This document shows positions 9,353-17,741 of a stretch of DNA of 64,000 nucleotides, piece by piece. Source of the stretch: an uncultured Gemmatimonadales bacterium (GTDB lineage: Bacteria; Gemmatimonadota; Gemmatimonadetes; Gemmatimonadales; GWC2-71-9); assembly GCA_963695555.1 (NCBI GenBank), contig CAVOGR010000001.1, positions 832,001 to 896,000 on the forward strand. The letters are read 5' to 3'. The position numbers were made by a program, and so were the translations under genes. The notes beneath the pieces were generated by a model. It did not search any database. It saw only the letters and a list, made by a program, of their open reading frames with translations, and was not told the origin of the DNA. The first letter of the stretch is position 1, and every line of letters begins with the position of its first letter.

Positions 9353-9679
9353 ATGGCCACTCGTACCGCAGTTTGCCACGGCTTCGCGGTCCTGACCTTG
9401 GGCATGCTCCTGCTGTTGGCCCCAACGGCACTCGAGGCCCAGGAGAAGCGCTCGGTGACGGTGGGTGCCGCAATCGTCGAGTGTCCCAACCGGCAGGCCC
9501 TCGAGACGGCCATGCGGCTCCTTGCCGATCGACCGATTGCGTTGCTCAATCTCGAAGCGGTGGTCGTCGAGGACACACCCCTGGTCAACGTCACCGTGCT
9601 GGTTCGCCCTCTCGAGCAGAGACCATCGACCGACGCCGAGGCGGAGATCGTGGCGACGATTCACTTCCCGAGGAACTGA
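9353..9679 (+). CDS. small secreted hypothetical protein divergent from the pilin operon
   Basis: GGAGG RBS, Sec signal peptide ending LEA|Q, intact 108-aa ORF. Confidence 0.75.
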   Translation: MATRTAVCHGFAVLTLGMLLLLAPTALEAQEKRSVTVGAAIVECPNRQALETAMRLLADRPIALLNLEAVVVEDTPLVNVTVLVRPLEQRPSTDAEAEIVATIHFPRN

Positions 9680-9771
9680 CTCGGGGCCTCGCTGCCGTTC
9701 GTCCCCTCGAGAGCCCTTGGGGGCGTCCAGTTCAGCATCTTTCCCTCGTTGCACCAGCGGGTTATATTCCC

Positions 9772-9873
9772 GGTGCCTCAGGTCCGAAGGGCGCCGGCGC
9801 GTGAACCGCGTCAGGACCTCGCCGGTAGCAGCGCTAAGCGATGTCCGGTGTCGCTTCGGGGTGCCTGAGGCAT
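9772..9873 (+). ncRNA. ffs: signal recognition particle RNA (4.5S)
   Basis: ~100-nt hairpin closed by GTGCCTCAGG/CCTGAGGCAT; domain IV TCAGG-ACC…GGT-AGCAGC; TATATT -10 just upstream; typical position before dnaX. Confidence 0.88.
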
Positions 9874-9905
9874 TTCCTCATCATCCCGAGTCGCCGCTCG
9901 CGCCC

Positions 9906-11572
9906 ATGACCATCGCGCTCGCCCGTCGCTACCGCCCCAAACAGTTCAGCGATCTCCTGGTCCAAGACCACGTCGCGGCCGTGCTGCGCGGTGCGGTCGA
10001 GCACCGCCGGGTCGGCCACGGCTACCTCCTCACCGGCCCGCGCGGCGTCGGGAAGACCACCGCCGCCCGGCTCCTCGCCATGGCCCTCAACTGCGAGCGG
10101 CCCGATGCGGCGCGCCGCCCCCGGCGAGCCCTGCGGAGAGTGCGACGGCTGCCGCCGCATCTGGACCGGTTCCACCAGCCTGGATGTGGTCGAGATCGAT
10201 GCCGCGAGCAACCGCGGGGTCGATGACGCCCGCGATCTCCGGGAGCGGGCCATGTATGCCTCCTCGAAGGAGGGCGGCTACAAGATCTACATCGTGGACG
10301 AAGCGCACATGCTGACCCGCGAGGCTTGGAACGCGCTCTTGAAGATCCTCGAAGAGCCGCCGCCGCGCGTGGTGTTCGTCTTCGCCACCACCGATCCGCA
10401 GAAGATCGCGTCGACGGCGGCACCGGTCCTGTCTCGGCTGCAGCGGTTCGACTTCCGTCGCATCGGCCCGGCGGCCATTCGGCAGCGGCTACGTGAGGTG
10501 GTCGATGCCGAGGGCATCGCGGCCGAGGACGACGCGCTGACCCTGATCGCCCGTCGGGCGGATGGCGGCATGCGCGACGCGCTGTCGGTGCTGGACCAGT
10601 GCTTGAGCCTGGGAGAAGGCGCCGTCACGACGGAGCGGGTGCGGGATGTGTTGGGCGCGGTGGATGACGAGCTCTATGCCGAGTTGCTCGACGCGGTCGC
10701 GGATCGTCGACCGGGCCTCGTCTTTCCCCTGGTCGACCGGCTCATGGACGCGGGCGTCGATCTCGGGGAGTTCATGGCCGGAGCCGCCGACACGCTCCGT
10801 GCCCTGCTCATGGTCAAACTCGGCGCAACGCCGAACGAGCTGACCGACGCCATGCGAGACACGCTCGACCCGGTTCGCGCCGCGGTTCGAGGCGGGCGAC
10901 CTGATCCGGATGCTCAAGCTGCTCGCGGACGACGAAACCAGCATCCGGCGAAGCGTCAATCCGCGCCTCATCGTGGAGACCCTCCTGCTGCGCTGGGCTC
11001 TGCTGGATCGCATCGTCGATCTGGCCCAGGTCCTGTCCGGAGAGTCGGGTTCCACGGCCCCGCAGCATCCTCGGCCAGACACGGGGTCGGCCAAGCCGGC
11101 GCCAATCCCCGCCGTCGACCCGGGCACTGTCGACCCGGACGCTCCTCCCACGGGCCAGCTGAGCGAGGAATGGTTGTCGGGCCACTGGAGCGACTTGGTC
11201 GCCACCGCGCGGACCAAGAGCCCGTTTCTGGGCGAAGCGCTCGCCTCGGCGCGGCCGGTTGCGGTATCGGGGTCCCGCGTGACGCTGGAGATGGCCGACA
11301 TCAATCCCATTTTCCAAGAGACGCTCGAGCGCCAAGTGCGGCAGGTCGAAGCGCTCCTGGCGGCCCACGTGGGGAAGGCCGTGACGGTCGCGGTCACGGC
11401 CGGTGGCACGGAGGCCGCGCCGGCGGGTTCGAAGCCACAGGCAGGGCAGGGTGCACGGCCTCGGCGGCTGTCCGATGCCCAGCTCAAGGCCGAACGACTC
11501 AAGGCCACCCGGGCCGCAGATGCCGCCCTGGATGCGGCGGCCGATGCATTAGATTTAGAGATTGTAGACTAG
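9906..11572 (+). CDS. dnaX: DNA polymerase III subunit gamma/tau (apparent frameshifts near 10115 and 10870, probably read errors)
   Basis: [49 protein letters not shown] spread over three frames. Confidence 0.93.
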
Positions 11573-11580
11573 CCGACCTT

Positions 11581-11597
11581 CTGGCACCCGGTTTGCT
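11581..11597 (+). promoter_or_regulatory. sigma54-like promoter upstream of ybaB-recR-mglBA
   Basis: CTGGCACCCGGTTTGCT matches TGGCAC-N5-TTGCW, intergenic and correctly oriented. Confidence 0.6.
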
Positions 11598-11654
11598 TGT
11601 CCGGGCTGGTGTGCCGGCCTACTTTTGTCCGTTCAGCGTGAAACGACGAGACCA

Positions 11655-11963
11655 ATGGCAGATCTTCAGCAGCTTCTCCAGCTCGGCCAACAGATGCAGG
11701 GTAAGCTCCAGCAGCTCCAGACCGAGCTTGCCGACCGGACCATCGAAGCCTCGGCCGGAGGCGGCATGGTACGGGTGACGGCGGACGGCAGAGGAATGAT
11801 CCGCACGCTCGACATCGATCAAACAGTGTTTGCCGATCACGACGCGGAATTCCTGGCTGACCTGGTGCTGGCCGCCATGTCCGAGGTACAGCGGCGCGCC
11901 GCCGACATCCTCCAGGCGGAAATGCGGAAGGCGCAGTCGTTGCCCATCGCACCGCAACTTTGA
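11655..11963 (+). CDS. ybaB: YbaB/EbfC nucleoid-associated protein
   Basis: QQMQGKLQQLQ..EASAGGGMVRVTADG; between dnaX and recR. Confidence 0.92.
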   Translation: MADLQQLLQLGQQMQGKLQQLQTELADRTIEASAGGGMVRVTADGRGMIRTLDIDQTVFADHDAEFLADLVLAAMSEVQRRAADILQAEMRKAQSLPIAPQL

Positions 11964-11966
11964 GCT

Positions 11967-12560
11967 GTGAGCGTCATCGAGGATCTCATCACCGAACTGG
12001 CGAGGCTGCCGGGCATCGGCCGGAAGACGGCCCAGCGGTTGACCTACCATCTGTTGCGGCAGCCGGGCGAACAGACGGTGCGGCTGGCCGAGTGCCTCCA
12101 GACGGTGGCCGAGCGGGTGGCGCCCTGTTCTGAGTGCGGGATGCCCACCGAGCACGAACGCTGCGGATACTGCAGCGACCCGCGACGGGATGACGGGCTT
12201 CTCTGCGTGGTCGAGGAACCCTCGGGGGTGGAAGTAGTGGAGCGGAGCACTGAATTCCGTGGGCGCTACCACGTCCTTGGCGGCCATTTGTCACCGCTCG
12301 ATGGGATCGGCCCGGATGCGCTCCGGCTCGATCCCCTCGTCCAGCGCGTACGAGGCGGCCGGGTCCAAGAAGTGATCCTGGCGACGAACCCCTCGATGGA
12401 GGGAGAGGCAACGGCAACCTACATCCAGCAGTTGTTGGCGGGCTCAGATGTGAAGGTCACTCGGTTGGCGCGAGGGCTGCCCATGGGCGGCGATCTCGAG
12501 TACGTCGATGGCGTGACCCTGTCACACGCGCTCTTGGCCCGCGAGGAAGTCCGGTCGTGA
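11967..12560 (+). CDS. recR: recombination mediator RecR
   Basis: LPGIGRKTAQRL, C4 zinc finger, YHVLGG.LSPLDGIGP, ILATNPSMEGEATA. Confidence 0.97.
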   Translation: MSVIEDLITELARLPGIGRKTAQRLTYHLLRQPGEQTVRLAECLQTVAERVAPCSECGMPTEHERCGYCSDPRRDDGLLCVVEEPSGVEVVERSTEFRGRYHVLGGHLSPLDGIGPDALRLDPLVQRVRGGRVQEVILATNPSMEGEATATYIQQLLAGSDVKVTRLARGLPMGGDLEYVDGVTLSHALLAREEVRS

Positions 12561-12826
12561 GACCGCGTGCGGCATTCGTCGCCGCCGGGGCAGTGGCCGG
12601 CATCGCCACCGGGTGGCTGTTCGCGCGGCAGCACCTCGTGCGCCACCGACGCGACCTGTTCCACCCCAGTCCACTTCGGCGGCTGGCCGCCATCGGGTTC
12701 CTCGCCGGCCACCCGGGGGTGGATGCATTGGCGACGCTTCGGGACTACCTGCGATGGGAACCCCAACTCTTGCTGCGCCGCCGCGCGGGCTACGTGCTGC
12801 GACGCATGGAAGCGCGACTCGGGTGA
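12557..12826 (+). CDS. small membrane-anchored protein with HEAT-like helices
   Basis: GTGA overlaps with both recR and mglB; N-terminal TM, LRRLAAIGFL…LRDYLRWE. Confidence 0.7.
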   Translation: MRPRAAFVAAGAVAGIATGWLFARQHLVRHRRDLFHPSPLRRLAAIGFLAGHPGVDALATLRDYLRWEPQLLLRRRAGYVLRRMEARLG

Positions 12827-13329
12827 CGGGTCAAGACAGAACGGGCGCCTCGAGTTGGTCGTTCCGGGAGGAAGATTCCCGCCGGATTACGAGCATCCTC
12901 AACGAATTCTTGCAGGTATCGCGGGCCCGGACCGCGCTCATCGTCGACCGAAACGGGCAGATGATCGCGACGGTCGGTGAGCAGACCGCCTTCGATCCGC
13001 TCGCGTTTGCGTCCCTCACAGCGGCGGACTTCAGTGCGAACGACCAACTGGCGCGCCTGATCGGCGAGCCGGAGTTCGGGTCCCTCTTTCACCAGGGCGA
13101 GAAGGACTCGATGTACCTGGCTGACATTGCCCGCCGTGTGATCCTGGTGGTGCTCTTCGACAATCAAACCACGTTGGGATTGGTGAAGTTGCGGGTCAAA
13201 TCGGCCGTCGGGTCGCTCAATCACGTGTTCATCGAAATGCAGGCGCGGGAGGAAGCCGGTGCCAATCGGGTCGAGTCTGGATTTGTCGGCGATGCAGAAG
13301 ACGAAATCGACAGGCTCTTCGGAGAATAG
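12823..13329 (+). CDS. mglB: roadblock/LC7 domain protein MglB (GAP for MglA)
   Basis: ALIVDRNGQMIA, FASLTAADFSA, LFHQGEKDSMY, LVVLFDNQTTLGLVKLR; precedes mglA. Confidence 0.92.
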   Translation: MTGQDRTGASSWSFREEDSRRITSILNEFLQVSRARTALIVDRNGQMIATVGEQTAFDPLAFASLTAADFSANDQLARLIGEPEFGSLFHQGEKDSMYLADIARRVILVVLFDNQTTLGLVKLRVKSAVGSLNHVFIEMQAREEAGANRVESGFVGDAEDEIDRLFGE

Positions 13330-13344
13330 GGAGACGAGCCGCTC

Positions 13345-14019
13345 ATGTCGATGATCAACTACGCGTCCCGCGAGATCAACTGCAAGCTCGTCTACTACGG
13401 CCCCGGGCTGGGCGGGAAGACGACGAACTTGGAGCACGTGTTCTCGAAGATCGCGCCGACGGCCAAGGGGAAGATGATCTCGCTCGCCACCGAAACCGAG
13501 CGAACCCTCTTCTTCGATTTCCTCCCGGTCGATCTCGGAACCATCCGCGGCTTCAAGACGCGGTTCCACCTGTATACGGTGCCCGGGCAGGTCTACTACA
13601 ATGCATCGCGGAAGTTGATTCTCAAAGGCGTCGATGGCGTCGCGTTCGTGGCCGACAGCCAGATCGAGCGCATGGAGGCCAACATCGAGTCGATGCAGAA
13701 TCTCTATTCCAATCTGGCGGAGCATGGCTACGACCTCACGCAGATTCCGTTCGTCATCCAGTACAACAAACGGGACTTGCCGAACGCCGCTCCAATCCAG
13801 GAGCTCCAGGCGGCGATCAACCCGGGCTGGCCGGTGGAGGACGTTACCCGCCAGCGACTGACGCCGGATCCGCTGCACGAAGGCGAGTTCTTCATCGAGC
13901 AGGTCGATGGTCACTGGGTCGAGCGGGCTCCCTATTTCGAATCGGTCGCAACCAGTGGCGACGGCGTGTTCGACACCCTCAAAGCGCTGAGCAAGCTTGT
14001 CATCAAGACTCTAGGGTAA
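13345..14019 (+). CDS. mglA: small GTPase MglA
   Basis: [44 protein letters not shown]. Confidence 0.96.
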   Translation: MSMINYASREINCKLVYYGPGLGGKTTNLEHVFSKIAPTAKGKMISLATETERTLFFDFLPVDLGTIRGFKTRFHLYTVPGQVYYNASRKLILKGVDGVAFVADSQIERMEANIESMQNLYSNLAEHGYDLTQIPFVIQYNKRDLPNAAPIQELQAAINPGWPVEDVTRQRLTPDPLHEGEFFIEQVDGHWVERAPYFESVATSGDGVFDTLKALSKLVIKTLG

Positions 14020-14029
14020 GGGGTTCCCC

Positions 14030-14668
14030 ATGTGGACCCTGCCGAACATCATCACCATCATCCGCATCGCGATGACACCGGTCATCGCCCTGCTCCCCTT
14101 CATTGACGGATACTGGCCCAAGCTCATCGCCTTCGTGGTGTTCATCTTGGTCGCGGTGACCGATGTGTGGGATGGGTACCTGGCTCGCTCCAGAAATCAG
14201 GTCACCGATCTCGGTAAAGTGCTGGATCCGCTCGCAGACAAATTGCTCCTGGTCGCGGCCCTCGTTCCCATCTACTGGATATCCAAGCACCGGCAAGATC
14301 TCTATGGCATCCCGATCTGGGGTAGCATCCCGCTCTGGGTCTGCTTCCTTCTGCTCGGCCGCGAGTTTGCCATGACCGGATTCCGCGCCTGGGCCCAACG
14401 CCGAGGCGTGGTCATCGCCGCCGGGCCGGCCGGCAAGCTCAAGACCACGTTTCAGAATATCTTCATCGGGGCCATGATGGCCTGGTTCGCCTTTCGCGAT
14501 GCCCGCCGCCCGCTGGGGTGGGAAGGCAACAGCGTGGCCAACTTCTGGAACGAATTTCATGGGGGCTTCGTTGCCATTACGCTCGGGACGGCGGCACTCC
14601 TGACCGTATACTCATTCGTGGTCTACGTCTTCCGCTACCGCGCCCTCTTCTCCTCACGCCCGCACTAG
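14030..14668 (+). CDS. pgsA: CDP-alcohol phosphatidyltransferase (PgsA-like)
   Basis: LPNIIT..R, D..DGYLAR..QVTDLGKVLDPLADK. Confidence 0.88.
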   Translation: MWTLPNIITIIRIAMTPVIALLPFIDGYWPKLIAFVVFILVAVTDVWDGYLARSRNQVTDLGKVLDPLADKLLLVAALVPIYWISKHRQDLYGIPIWGSIPLWVCFLLLGREFAMTGFRAWAQRRGVVIAAGPAGKLKTTFQNIFIGAMMAWFAFRDARRPLGWEGNSVANFWNEFHGGFVAITLGTAALLTVYSFVVYVFRYRALFSSRPH

Positions 14669-14673
14669 CGCTC

Positions 14674-15912
14674 TTGGACCTCGAACTCGTTACCATCGGC
14701 ACCGAGCTCCTGCTCGGCCTGACCGTCGATAGCAACACCGCGGACCTCGCCCAGATCCTCGCGCCGCACGGAATCCGGATCGTGCGACGAACCACCGTGC
14801 CAGACACGGTGACGAGCATTCACGATGCGGTGCATGAGGCGCTCGGGCGAACCGGCCGAGTGATCACCGTCGGCGGACTGGGCCCCACGAAGGACGACCT
14901 GACCCGGGACGTCGTGGCCCGGCTGTTCGACGCGCCGGTCACGTTCGACGAGCACGTGTGGAACGACCTCCTCACGCGATATCGCCGCGTCGGCCGTGAG
15001 CCGTCCGGCAGTAATCGCTCCCAAGCGATGATTCCGCGGGGCGCGACCGTGCTGCCGAACCGCTGGGGCACCGCCCCCGGTCTCTGGCTCGAGGGTCCCC
15101 TCGGGCTCGTGGTGATGCTGCCCGGCGTCCCGCACGAGATGCGGAAGCTGGCCAAGCACGAAGTCGGTCCACGCTTGGCCCCAGAAGATGGAGCTCAGGC
15201 GCCGATTGTGTCGCACGTGCTTCGGACCGCCGGCATCGCGGAATCCATGCTGGCTGACCGGCTCGGCGACATCGAGGACGTCATTCGGCCCGTCACCCTG
15301 GCGTATCTGCCACAAGTTGCCGGCGTGGACCTGCGCCTCACCTCCTGGAACGCGCCCCGGGCCCAAGCGGAGCAACGGTTTCGCGATGCCGCAGTGGAGG
15401 TCCGGAGGCGTGCCGGCGACCACTGCTACGGCGAGGGCGCGACCGACCTCGCCGCGGTAGTGCTCGACCGCGCGCGCCGGGCCGGGCTGACCATCGCCGT
15501 GGCGGAGTCCTGTACGGGTGGCTTGCTCGCCGGCCGCCTGACCGCGGTACCGGGGAGTTCCGATGTGTTCATCGGCGGTGTCGTCGCCTATCACAATCGG
15601 GTGAAGACCGACTTCCTCGGGGTCACTGAGGAGCTGATCGCCGACCACGGGGCGGTGAGTGAGGCCGTGGCACGAGCCATGGTCCAGGGCACCCGGGCGC
15701 GGTTCCTGCCCGACATTGCGCTCAGTATCACCGGTATCGCCGGCCCGGACGGCGGCTCGGCCGAGAAACCGGTCGGGACGGTGTGGATCGGGCTCTCCGT
15801 CGGGGCGGAGGAAGGCGCACTCCATCGCATCTACCATGGCAGCCGCTGGCAGATCCGGGAGCGGGCGGTGGCAGGAACACTGTACGAACTGCTCCTCCGC
15901 CTGCCAGTGTGA
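14674..15912 (+). CDS. cinA: competence/damage-inducible protein A (MoCF + PncC domains)
   Basis: TTG start; IGTELLLG..DSN, GGLGPTKDD, AESCTGG, HGAVS, ITGIAGPDGG..KPVGTV. Confidence 0.93.
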   Translation: MDLELVTIGTELLLGLTVDSNTADLAQILAPHGIRIVRRTTVPDTVTSIHDAVHEALGRTGRVITVGGLGPTKDDLTRDVVARLFDAPVTFDEHVWNDLLTRYRRVGREPSGSNRSQAMIPRGATVLPNRWGTAPGLWLEGPLGLVVMLPGVPHEMRKLAKHEVGPRLAPEDGAQAPIVSHVLRTAGIAESMLADRLGDIEDVIRPVTLAYLPQVAGVDLRLTSWNAPRAQAEQRFRDAAVEVRRRAGDHCYGEGATDLAAVVLDRARRAGLTIAVAESCTGGLLAGRLTAVPGSSDVFIGGVVAYHNRVKTDFLGVTEELIADHGAVSEAVARAMVQGTRARFLPDIALSITGIAGPDGGSAEKPVGTVWIGLSVGAEEGALHRIYHGSRWQIRERAVAGTLYELLLRLPV

Positions 15913-15921
15913 CCGGCATTC

Positions 15922-15938
15922 CTGGTATGTGGTTTGCC
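15922..15938 (+). promoter_or_regulatory. possible sigma54 promoter upstream of grpE-dnaJ
   Basis: CTGGTATGTGGTTTGCC has GG-N10-GC spacing, intergenic, 45 bp before grpE. Confidence 0.45.
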
Positions 15939-15982
15939 ATTATCTTCCTGAGTCCATTTGATACATCAGGAGAAGACGACTA

Positions 15983-16642
15983 GTGACCAAGAAACGCCGC
16001 CCCCATCCGCCCCACGACCCGCCTGCCTACGACGCGGACGGCCCGGACGCCGCGCTCGACGAGGGGCCAGTGGCTGAAGACCTGCTGGCACCAGACGAAC
16101 TGGTAATGAGCCCGGATGCGGAGGCCCCGCCGAGGTCGGAGCATGGCGAGCCGGCGGACGGTGTGCCGTTCGAGATGCCACTCGCGGCGGTCAAGCGCCT
16201 CCAGGAAACGCTAGATGAGCTCCAGGACCGCCACGCGCGCCTGGCGGCCGAGTTCGATAATTACCGGAAGCGGGTCAATCGGGAGAAGCTCGAATTGGGC
16301 GATCGCGCCCAAGGTGCCTTCGCCAATCGGCTGCTCGAGGTGCTGGACGATCTGGATCGGTTGCTGGCGGAATCGGAAACCGCAAAGCCGGCGCATACCC
16401 TGCACGAGGCTCTGGTGCTGGTGGATCGGAAGCTCAGGAAGGAGCTGGAAGGGGCAGGCCTCGAGCGGATCCATTCGGATGGCGCCCCGTTCGACCCGAG
16501 CCAGCATGAAGCGGTGGCCGCGCTTCCACCGCCCGAGCCCGAACTCGACCATCACGTTGCCGCGACGTTTCAGGCCGGCTATCGCTTCAAAGGCAACCTG
16601 ATCCGGCCGGCTCGCGTTCAAGTCTACACGGATCAAGGTTAG
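15983..16642 (+). CDS. grpE: nucleotide exchange factor GrpE
   Basis: AEFDNYRKR, FDPSQHEAV, GYRFKGNLIRPARVQV. Confidence 0.95.
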   Translation: MTKKRRPHPPHDPPAYDADGPDAALDEGPVAEDLLAPDELVMSPDAEAPPRSEHGEPADGVPFEMPLAAVKRLQETLDELQDRHARLAAEFDNYRKRVNREKLELGDRAQGAFANRLLEVLDDLDRLLAESETAKPAHTLHEALVLVDRKLRKELEGAGLERIHSDGAPFDPSQHEAVAALPPPEPELDHHVAATFQAGYRFKGNLIRPARVQVYTDQG

Positions 16643-16650
16643 AGGCGGGC

Positions 16651-17739
16651 GTGGCCGCGAAGGATTATTACCAGGTACTCGGCGTCTCGAGCAGCGCCTC
16701 GCAGGACGAGATCAAGAAGGCCTACCGGCGCCTGGCCAAGCAGTTCCACCCGGACGCGAACCTGGGCAATCCCACGGTGGGCGAGCGCTTCAAGGAGGTA
16801 TCGGAAGCGCACGCGGTTCTGTCCGATCCCGAGAAGCGCAAACAGTACGATCGCATGCGTCGGTTCGGCGCGTTCACCGGGGCCGGCGGCCGGGCCCAGC
16901 CTGGGTTTGGCGGGACTGCGCGAGGCCAGGGGGTCGAGTACGAAGATTTCGACTTTGGTGGCCTGGGCGGCCTCGGGGACATCTTCTCGTCGATCTTCGG
17001 CCGTGGCCGACCCAAGGAACGTCGCGGCGAGAACATCGAGACCGTGCTCGAGGTTCCGTTCCGGGTGGCGGCGCTCGGTGGGAAGATCCCGATTACCCTG
17101 CCGATGACCGAGAATTGCCCCACCTGTGGTGGGAGCGGCGCCGCCCCCGGCAGCAAGGTGAGCACCTGCCAGGAATGCGGCGGCCGCGGAACGGTTTCAT
17201 TCGGTCAGGGTGGCTTTGCCGTGAACCGGCCATGCCCCGCATGCCGGGGACGGGGCAAGCTGCCAGCCCAGCCCTGTCCCAAATGTCAGGGCGCGGGTGA
17301 GACGCGCGTCGAGCGCAAGATCATGATCACCGTGCCGCCCGCCACCGACACCGGAACCAAGGTCCGCCTCAAGGGCCACGGCAACCCGGCGGCGGGCGGA
17401 GGCGGTCAGGCCGGAGACCTCTACGTCACGTTCCAGGTCCAACCGGACCGGTTTTTCCAGCGTGACGGGCTCGATGTGACCTGCGAGATCCCGGTGGACA
17501 TGGTGCAGGCCATCCTCGGCACCAAGCTCCGGGTGCGCACGCTAGCCGGGAAGAAGATCGTGCTCAGGATCCCTCCGGGCACACAACCTGGCCGGAAGTT
17601 CCGGATCAAGGGGATGGGAATCGAGAAGAACGGGCGGAAGGGTGACCAGCTCGTCCAGATTCGGGTCCGGTTGCCGGAGAAGGTCACCGAAGAGCAGGCG
17701 GCGCTGCTACAGCAATTCGAGCAATCACCCGACAGCTGA
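16651..17739 (+). CDS. dnaJ: molecular chaperone DnaJ
   Basis: J-domain HPD, G/F region, four CxxCxGxG repeats. Confidence 0.96.
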   Translation: MAAKDYYQVLGVSSSASQDEIKKAYRRLAKQFHPDANLGNPTVGERFKEVSEAHAVLSDPEKRKQYDRMRRFGAFTGAGGRAQPGFGGTARGQGVEYEDFDFGGLGGLGDIFSSIFGRGRPKERRGENIETVLEVPFRVAALGGKIPITLPMTENCPTCGGSGAAPGSKVSTCQECGGRGTVSFGQGGFAVNRPCPACRGRGKLPAQPCPKCQGAGETRVERKIMITVPPATDTGTKVRLKGHGNPAAGGGGQAGDLYVTFQVQPDRFFQRDGLDVTCEIPVDMVQAILGTKLRVRTLAGKKIVLRIPPGTQPGRKFRIKGMGIEKNGRKGDQLVQIRVRLPEKVTEEQAALLQQFEQSPDS

Positions 17740-17741
17740 CG

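Noticed and set aside
3928..9700. Mobile element or integrative island call for the pilus locus
   Set aside because: No integrase, transposase, tRNA target or flanking direct repeats were found by eye
10100..10880. Programmed ribosomal frameshift in dnaX (gamma/tau)
   Set aside because: The breaks lie inside the AAA+ and collar domains at C-rich runs, with no A-AAA-AAG slippery site or poly-A tract; similar indels occur in unrelated genes, so read errors are more likely
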